Shown here: positions 39,031 to 51,072 of the stretch, one piece after another
Numbering within the stretch: position 1 is the stretch's first letter
Layout: the number at the start of each line of letters is the position of its first letter
Assembly: GCA_963718875.1 (NCBI GenBank)
Contig: OY970378.1
Location: 388,631 to 452,630, forward strand
Length of the DNA: 64,000 nucleotides
Origin: Candidatus Parcubacteria bacterium
GTDB lineage: Bacteria > Patescibacteriota > Saccharimonadia > UBA4664 > JBIOIQ01
Direction of reading: 5' to 3'
The notes under the pieces: generated by a model
The model's input: only the letters and a program-made list of their open reading frames with translations
Told to the model about the DNA's origin: nothing
Database searches by the model: none
Made by a program: the position numbers and the translations under genes

Positions 39031-39618
39031 ATGAAAACAGCACACGTTTTACGATACGCCGCTATCGGTATGGCAACCCTAGGTCTAGGCCTTGGTACAG
39101 TCGCCGCTAGCACCGTAACCGTTGGCACAACTGGCCCAGGTTCAACGACCAACACCAGCGCCAACACAACCCACAACGCCACAGTCAACACCAACAACAC
39201 AGTTGGTGCCCTGAACTTGAACGCACAGGGTGCTTCAAGTGGCAACACTAATGTTAGCGGAAACACCACCGGCGGTTCAGCCACCAGTGGAGCCGTTAAC
39301 AACAACGCCGTATCCACCACAACTGTAGCAGTCAACAATGCTGCTTCAGCAGGTGCCGGTGCCGGTTTCTGGACCGGTGGTAATGACTCAGTATCAGTCA
39401 ACTTGACTGGCCCTGGTTCAACCACAAACACTAGTGTAAACAACACCAACAACTGGACTCAGAACACTAACAACAATGTTAATGTTACCAACTTGAACTT
39501 CCAGTCTGCTGGAAGCGGTAGTGCAAACGTAAGCGGTAACACCGTTGGCGGAAGTGCTACGAGTGGTAGTGCTTCAAACACTAGCTCAACTTCAACTTCA
39601 GTTACTCTAAGTAACTAG
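39031..39618 (+). CDS. Secreted two-repeat N/T/S/G protein, candidate major fibre subunit
   Basis: SD AAGAAGGAG, signal peptide, two ~76-aa repeats, no anchor, strong AAC/ACC codon bias, flanking hairpins. Confidence 0.8.
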   Translation: MKTAHVLRYAAIGMATLGLGLGTVAASTVTVGTTGPGSTTNTSANTTHNATVNTNNTVGALNLNAQGASSGNTNVSGNTTGGSATSGAVNNNAVSTTTVAVNNAASAGAGAGFWTGGNDSVSVNLTGPGSTTNTSVNNTNNWTQNTNNNVNVTNLNFQSAGSGSANVSGNTVGGSATSGSASNTSSTSTSVTLSN

Positions 39619-39707
39619 TTCGAGGTCGCTCACGATGGGGAGCTTAGCTCTCCATCCGCAATTATCCAAATATCTCAATGTCTAAAACATTTAATGCGGG
39701 GGCTCAC

Positions 39708-42056
39708 ATGAAAAATCGAAAACTTATTTCAAGCATACTAGTAGGTCTATTGCTAGGCGCACAGGTTAGTTTTGTGGGCGCTGCTTATGCCGAAGAAACT
39801 GTTCCTCCGGCCGAGCCAACTTCAATTAGTCAGGAGGTGGTTAACGAGGAACCTGCTACCGAGTCAGACACTTCGACTGAGGAAAATGACGCTTCGAACC
39901 AAGCTGTCGACAATACCCCGCTCAGTACTACTGAGCCATCAACTCCAGAGACTGAGGGTACCACAGCTCTATCCAGCGAAACACCTGTGTCGCAGCCACT
40001 TGTAACGGGTCCTACTGCGCCGACCGGCCCATCAAGCCAAACTGGTGTTGATCTAGCCGAGACAGGCCCAGAAGAGCCTACAGGAACTGTTCCTGATTGG
40101 GTGTTTAACACTCAGACAGGACAGTGGCAAGAGTCTGATAAAAGCTCGTTTACTTGGGATAAAAAATCAGGTTACTGGTTGTCGCCCTTATATTGGTACG
40201 ATACACGCATCGGTTGGTACAAAGTTTTAACTCCAGCGCAGATAAGCGACCCAAATCGACCCACGTATCTGATTACTGCTCCTAAGCCACCGCAAATGAT
40301 TGTTACTCCTTTTGGGAACATGATCGTTGGATCTCCTGAATACAACATGGCGGTTGCTATGGGAGTAATTAATCCTGTTAGTAGTCCTAATGATCCTTCA
40401 ATAAGCAATACTGGGCCAAACTCTACCAATAATGCATTAGTGAGCAATGCTAATAATGGTTGGTTAGACTTTACTAATTTGGTGAATGTGGTTAACACTT
40501 TGCAGTCAAGCGCAGCTTCAGGTGCAGCTAGCTCTAATGGCAATACTGTTGGAGGAGACGCCGTAACTGGTGCTGCAACAGTGCTTATGAATGTCTTTAA
40601 TTTGTTGTCGGCGGCATGGTCTTGGAGCAATGGTAATCTTCATACGTTCTTTGCTAACTTCTTTAACCACAAAGGTGACATTACCTTGAACCCGATTGCA
40701 AGCCAAGGTGGGGGTGGAGGCTTTGGTACGGCTGGTGGAACAAGTGCTGTTTCAAATACGGGGGCAGGATCGACCAACAATGCCGGAATCTCCAATGACA
40801 ATAACCTTAATGTGAACGCAAGTAATGGCGCTACCATTAACAATAATATTGACGCATCGGCTCGTTCTGGTAGTGCTGATGTAAATGGCAACAGCATTGG
40901 CGGAAGCGCTACCTCGGGGGATGCGCTGGTGGAGCTCAATATCATTAATATGATCAACTCGTTTATAAACTCCGGAGAATCATTCTTTGCAGTTTTGAAC
41001 TTGTTTGGTGATTTTCATGGCAACATATTGTTCCCCGACGGCTTCTTCAATGGAGTTATCTCAGGGCAGGACGGAGGGAGTCAGGTCGCTTCAGCTACTA
41101 ACACCGGACCGAACTCAACCAATAATCTTTCGACAGGTACAACCAATAACACGATTTTAAACAACACTAACAATGCTGCCTTTAACAATGACATCAGTGC
41201 CAATGCTGTATCTGGAAGCGCTGACGTGGTAGGTAATGGTGAGGCGGGGGCTGCTGCTACTGGTAAGGCTAAAACTTCACAAAGCTTGTTTAATTTTTTT
41301 AACACCAGCTTATTTGCAGATAATGCAGTACTTGTAATGGTAAATGTAGCTGGACGTTGGTTAGGTAAAATCGTAGGAGCATCAACCTTGGGGGGCAACC
41401 AATCAGCCTTACTAACCAGTAACGGTCAAGTAAGCGCTACCAATACCGGACCGAACTCAACCAACTCAGCGTCAAGTGCAACGACAAACAATACTACCGC
41501 GAACAACAGTGTGAATGGAGTCATCAATAATAATGTTGACTTGGAAGCTAGGAGTGGTAACGCGACTGTAGCATCAAACACTAAGGGTGGGGATGCAAAA
41601 AGTGGGGATGCAACCATAGTTTCAAACGTCGCTAACTTTTACAACAGTGCCATAAATGTGAAGCGATGGTTTGGGGTACTAATTATCAATGTGTTTGGGA
41701 ATTGGTTCGGGTGTGCTGCCGAAAAATGTGATACCACCGGTCAGCCCGTATCTGCCCAAGCTGCCGTAGCGCTAGCGCAGATTGTGCCTCCTCCGGCTTT
41801 GCTCGGCAATGCCGTGAGTAATACTGGAACAAATAATGTGGCCTCATCTATAACTGCAAATCCAGTTCAACCAGAATCGTCTACTGAGATTGCTCCCAAC
41901 CGTATTCAAGTAGCATCTGCTCAATTGACTCCTCAGCAGACAGGTGCAGCTCAGACGACAAAAATGATGAGCTGGCTGATGGGACTAGCCGCATTGGTAT
42001 TGCTGGCAGCGGGTGGCTTGGCTGGCCTAGAGCGCAAGCTCAAAGTGCGCGGATAA
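39708..42056 (+). CDS. Large secreted multi-repeat protein with C-terminal TM
   Basis: Signal AYA; several NTG.(N/G)STN...SG.A....N..GG.A.(S/T)G repeats; Trp-rich domain; TM plus RKLK. Confidence 0.8.
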   Translation: MKNRKLISSILVGLLLGAQVSFVGAAYAEETVPPAEPTSISQEVVNEEPATESDTSTEENDASNQAVDNTPLSTTEPSTPETEGTTALSSETPVSQPLVTGPTAPTGPSSQTGVDLAETGPEEPTGTVPDWVFNTQTGQWQESDKSSFTWDKKSGYWLSPLYWYDTRIGWYKVLTPAQISDPNRPTYLITAPKPPQMIVTPFGNMIVGSPEYNMAVAMGVINPVSSPNDPSISNTGPNSTNNALVSNANNGWLDFTNLVNVVNTLQSSAASGAASSNGNTVGGDAVTGAATVLMNVFNLLSAAWSWSNGNLHTFFANFFNHKGDITLNPIASQGGGGGFGTAGGTSAVSNTGAGSTNNAGISNDNNLNVNASNGATINNNIDASARSGSADVNGNSIGGSATSGDALVELNIINMINSFINSGESFFAVLNLFGDFHGNILFPDGFFNGVISGQDGGSQVASATNTGPNSTNNLSTGTTNNTILNNTNNAAFNNDISANAVSGSADVVGNGEAGAAATGKAKTSQSLFNFFNTSLFADNAVLVMVNVAGRWLGKIVGASTLGGNQSALLTSNGQVSATNTGPNSTNSASSATTNNTTANNSVNGVINNNVDLEARSGNATVASNTKGGDAKSGDATIVSNVANFYNSAINVKRWFGVLIINVFGNWFGCAAEKCDTTGQPVSAQAAVALAQIVPPPALLGNAVSNTGTNNVASSITANPVQPESSTEIAPNRIQVASAQLTPQQTGAAQTTKMMSWLMGLAALVLLAAGGLAGLERKLKVRG

Positions 42057-42112
42057 GTATAGTCTTAGCTTTGGCTGGTATGATGTCTGTATGGAGTTAA
42101 AGATAATTTGCG

Positions 42113-42562
42113 ATGCCTAATATCATAGTGTCAATGAAGACAATGCTTTTAAAAAATGGTAAGTTTCTAGTATTAAAACAAACTCGACCAACACTTTTCT
42201 ATTGGGATCTTCCTGGAGGAAAGTTGGAGTATGGTGAAACCCCTGAGACAGCGCTAAAACGTGAAGTAAAAGAAGAGACCGGTATAGATATTGAACCTGG
42301 TAAATATATTGGATTATGGTGGTTTTTTAGCCCAACTAATAAACATCAGCTAATTTGTCCGACGTTTTTAAGCACGATCTCAGAAGACTCAGTTGACACT
42401 GTGAATATTGAGAATAACCCAGCAGAGGAGCACATTAAAGACTACGCTTGGGTGGAGAAAGATAAATTTCTTAAAGGGGATTACCCTGTTTTGAATGAGA
42501 GCTTGAAAGACCTTATTAATGATCTTAATATTAAAGTCCTCAAAGATTTAAATAACGTCTAA
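42113..42562 (+). CDS. NUDIX hydrolase
   Basis: WDLPGGKLEYGETPETALKREVKEETG. Confidence 0.92.
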   Translation: MPNIIVSMKTMLLKNGKFLVLKQTRPTLFYWDLPGGKLEYGETPETALKREVKEETGIDIEPGKYIGLWWFFSPTNKHQLICPTFLSTISEDSVDTVNIENNPAEEHIKDYAWVEKDKFLKGDYPVLNESLKDLINDLNIKVLKDLNNV

Positions 42563-42628
42563 TTTGATGGCGGCAATATGCTCGCCTCGGTTGTGCTACA
42601 ATATACCAGATAAGAGAATTCAAAAAGC

Positions 42629-43471
42629 GTGTATTACAATCCTTACATATTAATACCTTTTGCAACTTGGGCGATTGCTCAGGCAATCAAGTTTGCGCTA
42701 GCCGCATGGCGAGGCAATTTGGACTTTAAATACTTATACGCTTCGGGTGGTATGCCCAGTGTCCATTCGGCTGTGGTTTGCTCACTGGCGACCACCTCTT
42801 TATTGATAGACGGGCCAGAAAGCCATTTATTCGGCTTCATCTTGCTGTTTGCTGCAATCGTTATGTACGACTCTTTTGGTGTCCGCCGAAGTACTGGTGA
42901 ACAAGCGGTTGCTATAAATGTAATCTTATCAAGTCTTGAGCACGACCGGATTAAAATGGATATGCCTCAGCATAAGTTGAGGGAAGTTTTGGGTCACAAG
43001 CCAGCCGAAGTAGCGATAGGGGCGTTATTGGGTATTGCACTAGGAGGACTCTTTAACTTTTCTCGTCTTGGCACTCAGTACAACTATATTAGTAGTACAC
43101 CGGGCAAAATTGAAATGCTGGCTTATGCGGTGTTGTTTGCAACGATGTTGGTGGTAGGTGTAGTCATAAGATTGGTTTTTAGCAGACGTTATCGTAAATC
43201 CACGGTTATGAAGCGTTTGGGTAGACAGATAGTGTTGCTGTCACAGACGGTTGGATGGCTGGGTTTAGTCGCGGCATTTGGGCAGTACCAACGCTTACCT
43301 TATTTAGCTGGGCGCGGATGGTCCTGGGTAATGGCGGCTGTTTTAGTTATTTGGGCTGTTTACCTAGTGGCTAAGTTCAGCTCGATTGTACCAGCAGAGC
43401 TTGCATTAGAATTAGAGCAGCAGCGCAAAAAAAAATGGCTGACTAAAAAGCCGAAGAAAAGACGAAAATAA
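42629..43471 (+). CDS. Divergent PAP2 (DUF212) protein with extra TM domain
   Basis: SGGMPSVHSA, MYDSFGVRR, LREVLGH. Confidence 0.85.
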   Translation: MYYNPYILIPFATWAIAQAIKFALAAWRGNLDFKYLYASGGMPSVHSAVVCSLATTSLLIDGPESHLFGFILLFAAIVMYDSFGVRRSTGEQAVAINVILSSLEHDRIKMDMPQHKLREVLGHKPAEVAIGALLGIALGGLFNFSRLGTQYNYISSTPGKIEMLAYAVLFATMLVVGVVIRLVFSRRYRKSTVMKRLGRQIVLLSQTVGWLGLVAAFGQYQRLPYLAGRGWSWVMAAVLVIWAVYLVAKFSSIVPAELALELEQQRKKKWLTKKPKKRRK

Positions 43472-43527
43472 GCTCGATTTAGTTAGTCGTTTTAGCATAA
43501 GCGTTTTTTGCGTTATAATTGTTCTAA

Positions 43528-45897
43528 ATGGCACAGAAATATCATTTTGAACACCATCGTCGAGAAGCGTTGCTAAACAAAAAGCGTTTTACTGTTGTAA
43601 ATGCAATTATGGTGGCTGCACTAGTTATAGCAGGGGGTTGGGTGTATTTTAGCGCTAGCAAAGCAGCTTTCAATGGCTTAGACGCAGCTATGCTTAATGT
43701 AACAGGTAATAATGTAGTTGTTCGTCCAGGAGATAGAATTCAGTATCGGGTGGGTTATGTTAATAACGGCCCAGCATCGTATAATAGCCTCTTTGTCCTA
43801 GATGGTAGGATACCTGCTTATACTCATATAGTTAGCCAAAGCGATGGGAGCGTGAACGGGCAGCAAAACCCTTACGTTAAGAGCTACTCAGTAACGAGCT
43901 TCTCGGCTAGATGGGAGCTAAGTGGGATTCCTGCAAGTGGGGCTCCGTATAATGCTTGGGAAGGGTTTTATTACACGGTTGAAGTAGATGCAAATGCCCC
44001 TTCAAATTACAGCATTAGTGCGCGGGCTGAGTTAGTTAAAGGTGATGGTACTATCCAGCTCTTTTCTGCCTCTACCTCCAATCCAACGCCCGCACCTCCA
44101 CCCCCACCCCCACCCGCTACCGTTAGTATTTCGGCTAGCAGCACGCAAATAACTCAAAATTCCCCCTTGACCATAACGTGGTCCTCGCAAAATGCCACAG
44201 CATGTAATGCCTCTGGTACGACTTGGTCAGGAGCCCGTGCAGGCTCGGGTTCGGAAAATCGAAATTCCGATACTGGGGCCATACGTACTATTACCTATAC
44301 TATGACATGCAACAACTCTACTTATGGGGGTAATAGTGCTTCCGTGAATGTTAATGTTGTGAGCGCTCCACCTCAGCCTCCGCCGCCGACGCCTCCACCA
44401 AGCGTCAGCGTTACAGCTAGCCCAACTACGGTGTATCAATATACGGGCTTGAATGTTTCTTGGGCGACTCAGAATGCTTCTTCATGCAATGCCTCGGGAA
44501 CAACATGGAGCGGAGCCAAAATCCCTGGCAATAATACCGAGAACCGAAACGCTGACACCAATATTATTCGCACGCTTAATTATATTTTGACCTGTGTGAA
44601 TTCTGGCGGGAGTGCTAGCGGTTCGGCTAATGCTAGTGTTATAAAATCGGCTTCTCCAAGTGTTCCTGCAGGATTAAGAATTGATTCGCAGACTGCATCT
44701 AGTTTGCGTGTAACATGGCAAGCGTCTTCGGCGGCTCAAGGTAGTAGTATTAACTATTATCAAGTTCGAAATAGTGGAGGTACGCCTATTGGTACGACTG
44801 CATTGACCAATTTTGTGGTAAATTCGGGCTTACAGCCGTGTAGGTCATATTCTTTTACGGTTGTTGCTGTAAATAACCAAGATACTGTTTCGGCGCCCTC
44901 GAGTAGTATAACCGGATCGACAACTGGTTGTCCTCCAGCCACCAAGCCGACGACAGCGCCTCCAGCTCCGCCTCAATCGTCCGCTCCTAAGCCACAAGCT
45001 GGGCCGAAACCAAATGTAACAGGACAAACCAATGGCGCAACAGTGGTGATTCCGGACACAAATGCCCCGACAGCTCCTACTAATCTCAAGGCTAAGGTGG
45101 AAGATGATGGTTCAACAGTTCGGCTTAGTTGGGCTGCTGCTAAAGACGACAAGGAGGTTGCTAGCTATCAGGTAGAACGTTCGACAGACAAATCTACCTG
45201 GGACGTCCTTACTACAAAAGCCACCTCTACAAATTATGCGGATACAGCAACTACCTTTAGTATCCATTATTTTTATCGAGTCAAAGCTATTGATGCAGCA
45301 GGAAATGCTGGTCTTTTTGCAAATGTTGATGTAACAACTAAAGCATTTGTCGCAAATACCAATAACTCGCAGTCAACGGCTATAGTTTCCTCCGATGGCT
45401 TGGTGACGGTTAAGTTGCCAAGCGGTGCAGTAGACTCGCAAACTTCTTGCAGTGTTGTCAAGGATGCTTCAAATAATGATGGCATAAAATCTACTAAATT
45501 GATCTTGGCAGCTGGACCATATAGTTTTAGCTGTAAACAGGCTGACGGTACTATAGTTGATCATTTTAGTACTGTGGTGACGGTAGAGGTATCAAAAAAA
45601 TCCAAAGTCTTTGGCAAGTACAGTAGCATCAAGATTTATACCCACGATAATGCTAATAACCGATGGATGAGCATGATCTCATCGTTGAACAAAAAAACTC
45701 AGGTCATTAGTGCAACAAGTTCAACGCCGTTGCAGTTTGCAGTTCTTGGTGTGGCGAAAAAAGGCATACCGTTTAGCCTAATCGTTATAGTGGTGTTCAT
45801 CCTAATCTTAGTTGGATTGTTCTTTAGCTGGAGAGTCCGCCAACAGCAAAAAGTACAATACAACGAATATATACGACATAAGTACTACGACTTATAG
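43528..45897 (+). CDS. Surface protein with fibronectin type III/Ig-like domains
   Basis: PSVPAGL...W...Y...YSFTVVAVN; DTNAPTAPTNL...YRVKAIDAAGN; TM at both ends. Confidence 0.85.
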   Translation: MAQKYHFEHHRREALLNKKRFTVVNAIMVAALVIAGGWVYFSASKAAFNGLDAAMLNVTGNNVVVRPGDRIQYRVGYVNNGPASYNSLFVLDGRIPAYTHIVSQSDGSVNGQQNPYVKSYSVTSFSARWELSGIPASGAPYNAWEGFYYTVEVDANAPSNYSISARAELVKGDGTIQLFSASTSNPTPAPPPPPPPATVSISASSTQITQNSPLTITWSSQNATACNASGTTWSGARAGSGSENRNSDTGAIRTITYTMTCNNSTYGGNSASVNVNVVSAPPQPPPPTPPPSVSVTASPTTVYQYTGLNVSWATQNASSCNASGTTWSGAKIPGNNTENRNADTNIIRTLNYILTCVNSGGSASGSANASVIKSASPSVPAGLRIDSQTASSLRVTWQASSAAQGSSINYYQVRNSGGTPIGTTALTNFVVNSGLQPCRSYSFTVVAVNNQDTVSAPSSSITGSTTGCPPATKPTTAPPAPPQSSAPKPQAGPKPNVTGQTNGATVVIPDTNAPTAPTNLKAKVEDDGSTVRLSWAAAKDDKEVASYQVERSTDKSTWDVLTTKATSTNYADTATTFSIHYFYRVKAIDAAGNAGLFANVDVTTKAFVANTNNSQSTAIVSSDGLVTVKLPSGAVDSQTSCSVVKDASNNDGIKSTKLILAAGPYSFSCKQADGTIVDHFSTVVTVEVSKKSKVFGKYSSIKIYTHDNANNRWMSMISSLNKKTQVISATSSTPLQFAVLGVAKKGIPFSLIVIVVFILILVGLFFSWRVRQQQKVQYNEYIRHKYYDL

Positions 45898-46052
45898 GGT
45901 TTTTGCGTGGTCTAGATTCATTACACTAAAACGGAACAAGCTACAATCTAACCAAGACAAGCCAGTTTATAAAGAGGTATCCCAAACCCATGGTTGCTTA
46001 GCGACAGCTTTTAAGTTCCAATATTGTTCCACCATCTTACCTTGATTTAAGC

Positions 46053-46249
46053 TAGGTACCACCAAACTGTCAGTACTTTTTATTTTTAGCTCTAGAAACC
46101 CACCTAAGATTACTTGAAGTGATTTATGTTCTTTTCGAGATTATCTCAAGTTTCATCCCGTTAAAGCCTAAGCTTTATATCGACGGTAACTATAATTCCT
46201 TTGGTTACCCGCGGTAGCACTTTGACTACTGACAGTTTGGTGGTACCTA
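46053..46249. mobile_element. MITE-like element with 23-bp perfect terminal inverted repeats
   Basis: TAGGTACCACCAAACTGTCAGTA (46053-46075) and its reverse complement (46227-46249); non-coding interior. Confidence 0.72.
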
Positions 46250-46442
46250 ATTAAAACATCATCACCGGATGCGTATGGAAGCGTATGACTGGTACTTTTA
46301 GAAATGGCATTGGTGATGAATCCCGGTATTGTTAAGTGAGCTTAGGGTCGAAAAAAGCTACCGTGAGTTCTTTGAAGATCCAGTCACAGTACTTAAGAGT
46401 TTGGTTGTTGCTTTCTGCTGGAAGAACCCTGGCCACAAAGTC

Positions 46443-46471
46443 TTGACAGAGTAGAGGCTAATCTGTAACAT
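46443..46471 (+). promoter_or_regulatory. 16S rRNA promoter
   Basis: TTGACA-17 nt-TAACAT. Confidence 0.7.
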
Positions 46472-46777
46472 TGCTAGTGAAGTCTTGAAATGTAATAAGC
46501 ATAAAAAGACACCTTGGTAGAAGGGGTGTTTTTTATGCGCACACACATTCAGGTCTGTACATTGAAAGCTTAAGTTGTGCAGTGTAACTAGAAAAGTGTA
46601 AAAGTTAAGTAATTCTAACTTTTCACTTACTTTAAGAAAATTTCTTTTGGGACAAAACTTTCTCGTTCGTCAGTGGACGAGAATACCAAGTTTCAAACAC
46701 TCTAAAGCGTTTAACGACTAACGTCCAACGTGTTAAGTTTACTTCTTGCGTTTTACGAGAAGCGTTTCACGTATTTT

Positions 46778-48326
<1,549 letters not shown>

Positions 48327-48555
48327 AGGGAGCATTGACGTCGCAAGACGTTCCCTGACCCCGAGTCAGGGCCAGAGTTAATGTAATTGAGCTGTTGCAA
48401 AACGTGCTCTTACAAAAATTTCTGCGATATCCTAGGTCGACCATTCCTAAGTTACGAGTTAAGAGTAGAGAGTTTTGAGTTTACTCATGACTCACCACTC
48501 AAGACTCATGACTATGTGAATGAAGAGTTTACACTGCACAACTTAGGTTTTTAAC

Positions 48556-48586
48556 AATAAAAGCCGCCCAACGGGCGGCTTTTATT
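48556..48586. terminator. Bidirectional terminator ending the 16S unit
   Basis: AATAAAAGCCGCCC-AAC-GGGCGGCTTTTATT. Confidence 0.85.
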
Positions 48587-48674
48587 GTGCTCAGACAAAT
48601 TATAAAGTCCTATTAATGAATGTGGGCGCCTACGGATGACTGAAGTCATCCGTAGGTTTGCGCGCCCGAGTAAT

Positions 48675-49121
48675 TCAGTGCATGGCGCTGACGAGATCGT
48701 CGTGCCGCTTGAGCAAGGCGTCGAACCACTCCAGATCCTCACCTTCGAGGAAGAAGGCGACGAACTCGCGCCAGCCACACACCATGCTGTCGTCGGTGTC
48801 GATGGGAAGCTCATCCAGCGGGAGCAGATGACGGGTCCTTATTTCAGCAGTTCGCTCTCGGCTGATGGTGGTGGGCCCGAAGAAGCGGTCGGATTCCTCC
48901 GAAGCGAAGGCGAACTCGTGCACCATCTGGGTGAAGAGTGGGGTTTGCTGGCGGAACCAAATCTGCATGAGCATGCGTAGGACTGAGTATGCAGACTCGG
49001 CGGGAAACCTCTTCAGATACCTGGGAAGGTCTGCTCGCAGCTGAGCTCTGACTGCGGCCTGCAGGCAGTCTCGCTCGATCTGGGTCTTGTCGGAAAACTG
49101 CATTTTGGTGGGCTCGGGCAT
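48675..49121 (-). CDS. Hypothetical protein (GC-richer islet)
   Basis: SD AAGAGG, upstream TTGACT promoter, distinct codon usage. Confidence 0.6.
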   Translation of the reverse strand: MPEPTKMQFSDKTQIERDCLQAAVRAQLRADLPRYLKRFPAESAYSVLRMLMQIWFRQQTPLFTQMVHEFAFASEESDRFFGPTTISRERTAEIRTRHLLPLDELPIDTDDSMVCGWREFVAFFLEGEDLEWFDALLKRHDDLVSAMH

Positions 49122-49252
49122 GACAACCTCTTTTGCTCGTAGGAACTACTCGGACTTGTCGGTAATAATGGCAGATTTGTGCTGAAAAGTCAAATTTTAG
49201 AAAGATTATTTATTCAATGTCGTGTATGATTGATGTGCAATAAGGAAATTAT

Positions 49253-49687
49253 ATGACACCTGATACTGCTGGCTTGCCGGAACAAGAGTTTGAAGTGACT
49301 GAGCCTAAAGCAAATGAGCTAGCTCCATCAGATGATGCTCAAGAGGTGGTGGCTTCGGTTGTTCCGATACGGCCAGGGATTGAAGTTCCGCAGGCAGTTC
49401 CAATTCCCGATCAAGCTAAAGGTAATGAGAATTATGCGCTTGAGTACTTGGCTGATCAGGTAGCGGCTGCTCAAACTCGCTACGATAATATGGAGAGAAC
49501 TTTTCATGAGGCTCAGGCTAAAGATAAACCACCGGCAACTCAAGAGGCATTAGCAGACTTACGTGAGGCTGCAGATAACGCCTATACTAGCCTTAATACC
49601 TGGAAAGCACGGTTAGAAGCTGCCGAAAGCTTGCAACAACCAACTGTTTCCGAATCAAACGACGAGCCTGCGAGCTCAACGGCTTAA
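49253..49687 (+). CDS. Hypothetical acidic helical protein
   Basis: SD TAAGGA, 144-aa ORF. Confidence 0.65.
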   Translation: MTPDTAGLPEQEFEVTEPKANELAPSDDAQEVVASVVPIRPGIEVPQAVPIPDQAKGNENYALEYLADQVAAAQTRYDNMERTFHEAQAKDKPPATQEALADLREAADNAYTSLNTWKARLEAAESLQQPTVSESNDEPASSTA

Positions 49688-49945
49688 TTATTGTGGGAAC
49701 AGACCAATTATTGGTGCTAGTGCCCAATCTAGAACCGGGCGGTAGAGTCCGGTGAGGTATAAAATGCCACCTAAAACCAGTAAGACTGATAAGATTTTAT
49801 AAACCAAATAAGTAGTTCCGTACCCAAGTTTGTCTTCAATGAATTCCAATCTAGAGGTGTTGTTGACGATTTGAAAATTGTATTTAAGGGTAATTACGCC
49901 CAAAACGATGGCAATAAGTCCGTAAACAATTTGTTGAATAACCAT
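49688..49945 (-). CDS. Small membrane protein
   Basis: Two TM helices, FIEDKLGYGTT motif, leaderless promoter. Confidence 0.7.
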   Translation of the reverse strand: MVIQQIVYGLIAIVLGVITLKYNFQIVNNTSRLEFIEDKLGYGTTYLVYKILSVLLVLGGILYLTGLYRPVLDWALAPIIGLFPQ

Positions 49946-50039
49946 GAGCGTAGTATAGCAGATAGTTAATAAAGTTGATGGCTGATGAGGGCGCTGAATG
50001 CGCCCTCATCAGCGAACTAAGGGACCTGGTGAAACTGGG

Positions 50040-50420
50040 TTAGGTCGAAGCCGATACTTCGCTGGCTGACTCCTCTCCTGAGAGGCTTGGTTCCTTGACT
50101 CCCAGAAGCAGCAGCTGGTTGCCTGCCAGCCAGAGGAAGCTTGCCGTTGCACTGCCTTCGGGGACGCTCTTTCCGGTCGCCGACACGTAGTTGTCCGGAA
50201 TAAGATAGACCGGAGACAGGTTGGTGACCTGGAGTACTCCATCGACAAAAACTCCAGTTGAGTCGGCGAAGTAGAAGCAGAGCGTCTGTCGAGGAAGTCG
50301 AAGCCCTGATGGATTGCGACTGTCGACCCTGATGCTCAGGAAGCGAGGATCTTGATCTTGAGGGGGAAGTTGGGTTTGGTAGCACAACATGGTTTGGGGA
50401 ATGCTGGGCTCGTCGGACAT
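50040..50420 (-). CDS. Hypothetical protein (GC-richer islet)
   Basis: SD GAGGAGG, promoter upstream, hairpin 49984-50011 downstream. Confidence 0.55.
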   Translation of the reverse strand: MSDEPSIPQTMLCYQTQLPPQDQDPRFLSIRVDSRNPSGLRLPRQTLCFYFADSTGVFVDGVLQVTNLSPVYLIPDNYVSATGKSVPEGSATASFLWLAGNQLLLLGVKEPSLSGEESASEVSAST

Positions 50421-50537
50421 GTGTCCTCCTCGGGTTGGAAACAGGTTGCTACTTTATAGCATTATTTAACAAAAAAGCAACCCTTATATAAAGAATTGCA
50501 CCCCTCCCCGCAAGTGCGGAGAGGGGTGATGACGAGC

Positions 50538-50948
50538 TCAACCGGTTTGGAAGAGGCCTTCCGGGAGTCTGGCTCTGAACTGGGCTAGTACGGGGGCAGG
50601 CTTCTGGAAAAGCGAGTATGACTCACGGTATGCCTTCCAAAGGCCACAGAGCTCTATCAGCGCCGACGGGACGTGGGCTAGGTAGGCGCCAGGGAAAAGA
50701 CTGCTAAGTATGGCATGGATTCCTACCGGGCCAACCATACCGATTGCAAGAATGACGACAGAAGTGCGAGCGTAGAATCTTATTTCCCTTTGCCTCATGG
50801 CGCTTTCGCCAAGCCTACGCATTTCGAGCTCTACCCCAGCTCCGGCAGCCAAAGTTTCCCAGCCGGCGTAGGCAAACGCGACTGCTAGGCCTGCTGCCAG
50901 CATGGAGAGGGGGACGGCAATGAGGAGTGCGATAATACGAAGGGTCAC
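50538..50948 (-). CDS. Hypothetical membrane protein (GC-richer islet)
   Basis: SD AAGGAG, TM helices, hairpin ~50499-50528 downstream. Confidence 0.6.
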   Translation of the reverse strand: MTLRIIALLIAVPLSMLAAGLAVAFAYAGWETLAAGAGVELEMRRLGESAMRQREIRFYARTSVVILAIGMVGPVGIHAILSSLFPGAYLAHVPSALIELCGLWKAYRESYSLFQKPAPVLAQFRARLPEGLFQTG

Positions 50949-51072
50949 GGTGTCTCCTTGGTCGAAATCCGTTTTAATATTTTAACATATAATCAGTTTT
51001 TTATCAATCCTAAAAAATACGCTGAAGCTTCTTAATATGGTAGGGTTTTAGTGTAATAATAGTAGGAGTACG

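Noticed and set aside
37843-41617. Antisense ORFs across the repeat operon
   Set aside because: By-product of biased codon usage on the plus strand
48636-48980. Plus-strand 114-aa ORF
   Set aside because: Antisense to 48675..49121, which has the SD and promoter
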